A DNA stretch of 64,000 nt, taken from positions 47,368,001-47,432,000 of the forward strand of contig CM060734.1 in NCBI GenBank assembly GCA_030704615.1, read 5' to 3'. Origin of the DNA: Takakia lepidozioides. Taxonomy: Eukaryota; Plantae; Bryophyta. Positions 61,150-64,000 of the stretch are shown here, piece after piece. The notes under the pieces are model-generated. The model had not been told where the DNA came from, searched no databases, and worked only from the letters and a program-made list of their open reading frames with translations. The translations under genes were made by a program, and so were the position numbers. The first letter of the stretch is position 1. Each line of letters opens with the position of its first letter.

Positions 61150-62437
61150 GAATCATAGACTACCGATTGGGGGGTCAACTGTGACCAATGTGTACACCCA
61201 AGGTGAATTTGCCAGCATAGGGTGTGGTGTGTGTTGTTGGTGCGGTTGCTGTTTGAGATGAGTAATATGGTGAATGATTCTGGAGATGCATGGGCAGCCA
61301 TGAGATCTCAGTGGATTGCTTCATTAGCAGTCGTGGCATTTGGGGGGTGATGATATAGCCAGACGAATCCATACAGTCTGTCTCTATCTCTTCTCAAGGC
61401 GTGGTTCCGCCACATCGGTGCCATACATTATGCATGTAATCCTAAACCATGTCTCACTTTTGTGTAGCTGCATTCCAAGTCGTTCATGCTGGAGGTAACA
61501 AACTTAGTCACAGTGTCTCGACAGAGGAATAGGAGGAGACATTAAAGCTTATGTTTCACCTCGGTTAGAGAGAGGAGCAATGGAGATGATGAGGAAGAAG
61601 CTCATTCTAGATAAGGAGGTGAGGGAGAAGCCCGCTTCAAGCGATTTGATGGGGAAGGGGCCTACATGGCTTCCGGTCGGCATCTCTTTGGGATGGAGGG
61701 GGATTCGGAGCTCTATAACAATGTGATAGTTTCGCTCCAAGGGCCTCCTCGGCAGCCCAACAAATTGTGGCTTCTGCAAATCGTGAAGAACGGATGATGA
61801 GGATGTTGATGATGACTTCTCCTGTGAGTGTGAGTATGCAATTTCCTTTTATGTTCTCAAGCTTTTCTTTTGCTTTTGTATGTGTTCATGTTCCTTTACA
61901 CTTTGTGGAAAACGTTGCACAAGAGTCCCATTCATTTCATAGGTGCAACAACAACTTCGCAAATTTGGAAACTGTTTGCCGCAAGTCCACCCTCTTCTTT
62001 TGACCTCCCTTTGTACGCGGAGGCTATGGCGAAGCATCTATCTTTGCCAAACAACATATAGACGTGCTTACTTGCGGGGTAGCGTGTTCTTGGATGATTG
62101 TGCCTCAGTCTCAGGGGGTAGTTGCAGTGACAACATTGACTAGCATGAAGGCCGGATAATGTCCTTTTGGTTTCAATGAAATATAAAAAATGGGGATTTC
62201 GGGACGTTTCACCCCCACCTACACTGACAAGTCTCCTTCATTGTTATATTTTATTCCACTACATGGCCAAATGAATTACAGCGCCCCCCCCCCCCCCCCC
62301 CACCCCCCCCGTCTTGCATGATTCCCCTCTAGAAGCCGTTAGACAGTATTCAAAACAAGAGCCAAAAGAATTCTATCATCATTCTATGCAAAAATACAAG
62401 AGAGAATGACCACATGAGTGGGGGGTCGCTTCCTTAA

Positions 62438-63249
62438 CCATTAAGTTCCCAAGCCCTTTTTTGACTTTTTACCAATTTTGGGTACCCAGCTGCAGTAAAT
62501 TGCCCCTAGAAACCTACCAAAAATCATCCAGAGATTCCAGCCTTATAGCAATGGGCCCAGCTCATTTATGCATGGCATACCAAAAAATGAGCCAAGTCCA
62601 CCGTGGAAATTGTGAGATATAACGTTGGCCCGGACCTCAAATATGAGGTCCCAAAGAAAAAGTGAGAAAGAAATTGGTTTGACCAAATCAAAACCTAGCT
62701 TTATCCAATTTTGCTTGCCCCAAGACTCACCATTTCCAAACCAATAGTGGACTGGCTATGACCCCACTAAATTGCAAGTCCAACTGATTTTTTCACCTAT
62801 GGTTGCTTTGCATGCAATTACATGGGGGTTGAAATCTCAAAATTGACAAGAGAAAACGTGCCTCCAAATGAAGTACTTTTTTTTCTACAAAATTTTTAAA
62901 AGACAATGGTGGATGTGTGTATGTAATGCTCACACACCACAAGGTGAAGTGCTTTTTCCAAAATTGCTAATTTTCTGCCAAAAATGGCCTTTGGAGTGCA
63001 ATCTGTTTTGGGCTTGTTTACATACCACGTCAGCGGTCAACAAGCCCTTTTCAGGCCCCAAAACGTAAATGAGAGATCTAAGATATTTTTTGTAGGTCGT
63101 AGCTTTTGTTGTTTTTGTTTAATTTTGTTTTTTCATCATACTCGAGACAAATCCCTTGTCATTAAAGCTTCAGGAGTGGGCCATCAGATTAGATCTGCAA
63201 AAAATAGGTCGAACTGCAAATTCAAAGTGACCCGATTCAGGTCGCTTGG
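62438..63249. mobile_element. Second copy of the piggyBac-like MITE, right TIR truncated
   Basis: TTAA (62434-62437) then CCATTAAGTTCCCAAG; co-linear with 19649-20394 apart from ~60 extra bp near 63107; ends after CTTGG. Confidence 0.88.
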
Positions 63250-63736
63250 TTTGCCATCAATCTAAATCACCACTTCTCCTAATGAGCTTTAGTGCGCCAG
63301 ACAAGGGCAAAAGAACAATCGCCAAGCTATGTCTTGTTAGGTGCTAGTGTGCCTCAATGATCCAAGCAATCTCTTCTAGACAATATCGTCATTATTCGCA
63401 TTGATTATATGACAATGAAAGAGGGGGACGCTCAAAGAGTTGGCATAGGGAGATTGTAGGAAGAAGTGGTGGCTCAACGTAGGTGAAGACAAAGAGGAGG
63501 GAAAGCCGACATCTTCTTGAACCAATGCGCTGAAATCACACAATGAAGTCTATCCCTACCAACTCTGTCACCCAACGCTTTAACAACAAAGACGTTGAGG
63601 GAGGGAGATCAAGAGGCGATGGCACCACAGGGAGGGTGTAGAGAAAAGAAATTGCAAATAGTGAGGAGAGACAAAGAGAAGGGAGAAAGGAGAAGGAGCG
63701 AGAGACGCTCTCTGGGAAATAGCCATCCATGAGATT

Positions 63737-64000
63737 CATTGTGAGTCTCATATTGCTACGTTTCATGAATGCCCCCAAAAACACTTAAGTAGGCGTCAAT
63801 GAAATGCATCGAAAAGACACAGTCTCCACAATACAAACTTTCATGAGTTACAACTCTGGGAGGAAGATGAAGAGCTGGAGGGATGGACAAGACTACTATG
63901 GAAGGTGGGAAGAGGGGCTCTAAATAACTAAGTCCCATACCTTCCCTCATTGTGAGTCTCATATTGCTATGTCCCATTGTTGTCATGAATGCCCCCAAAA
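63737..64000 (+). repeat. ~210-bp-period direct repeat running off the window end
   Basis: cattgtgagtctcatattgcta and catgaatgcccccaaaa each occur twice. Confidence 0.6.

Noticed and set aside
61119-62310. Poly-G and poly-C tracts as the termini of an element
   Set aside because: No flanking TSD or further inverted similarity; homopolymer lengths are also prone to assembly error.
1-64000. tRNA, rRNA or ribozyme genes
   Set aside because: None recognised by eye; a tRNAscan/Infernal run would be needed to exclude them.

Overview
Eukaryotic nuclear DNA, most likely from a non-seed land plant or a related streptophyte (inferred from plant-type genes, spliceosomal introns and the Ty3/Gypsy lineages present; the species cannot be fixed from this sequence). 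A gene island at ~26-41 kb holds a conserved uncharacterised 7-exon gene, a DeSI/PPPDE peptidase and DPH2, flanked on both sides by decayed, nested transposons. The main result is a Ty3/Gypsy retrotransposon family ('X', three copies: 5250-12630 +, 13851-16576 -, 46978-54153 +) whose polyprotein carries a C5-cytosine DNA methyltransferase (DNMT3-like; motifs I, IV, VI, VIII, IX, X) between the aspartic protease and the reverse transcriptase. Both copies that reach the DNMT/RT junction have the same in-frame TAG in a readthrough-type context (TAG-CAACCA). Other notable structures: (1) a four-level nest (RLE-type LINE > Tcn1-like element Y > Galadriel-like element Z > X), with TSDs visible for Y and Z; (2) a 15-nt self-priming site in Y; (3) a piggyBac-like TTAA/CCC MITE in two copies, with a paralogous empty site; (4) a DD35D pogo-like transposase remnant; (5) orphan eIF4A and tafazzin fragments. 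All TE ORFs here are disrupted. All calls are by-eye motif recognition and copy-to-copy alignment; no database searches were run.
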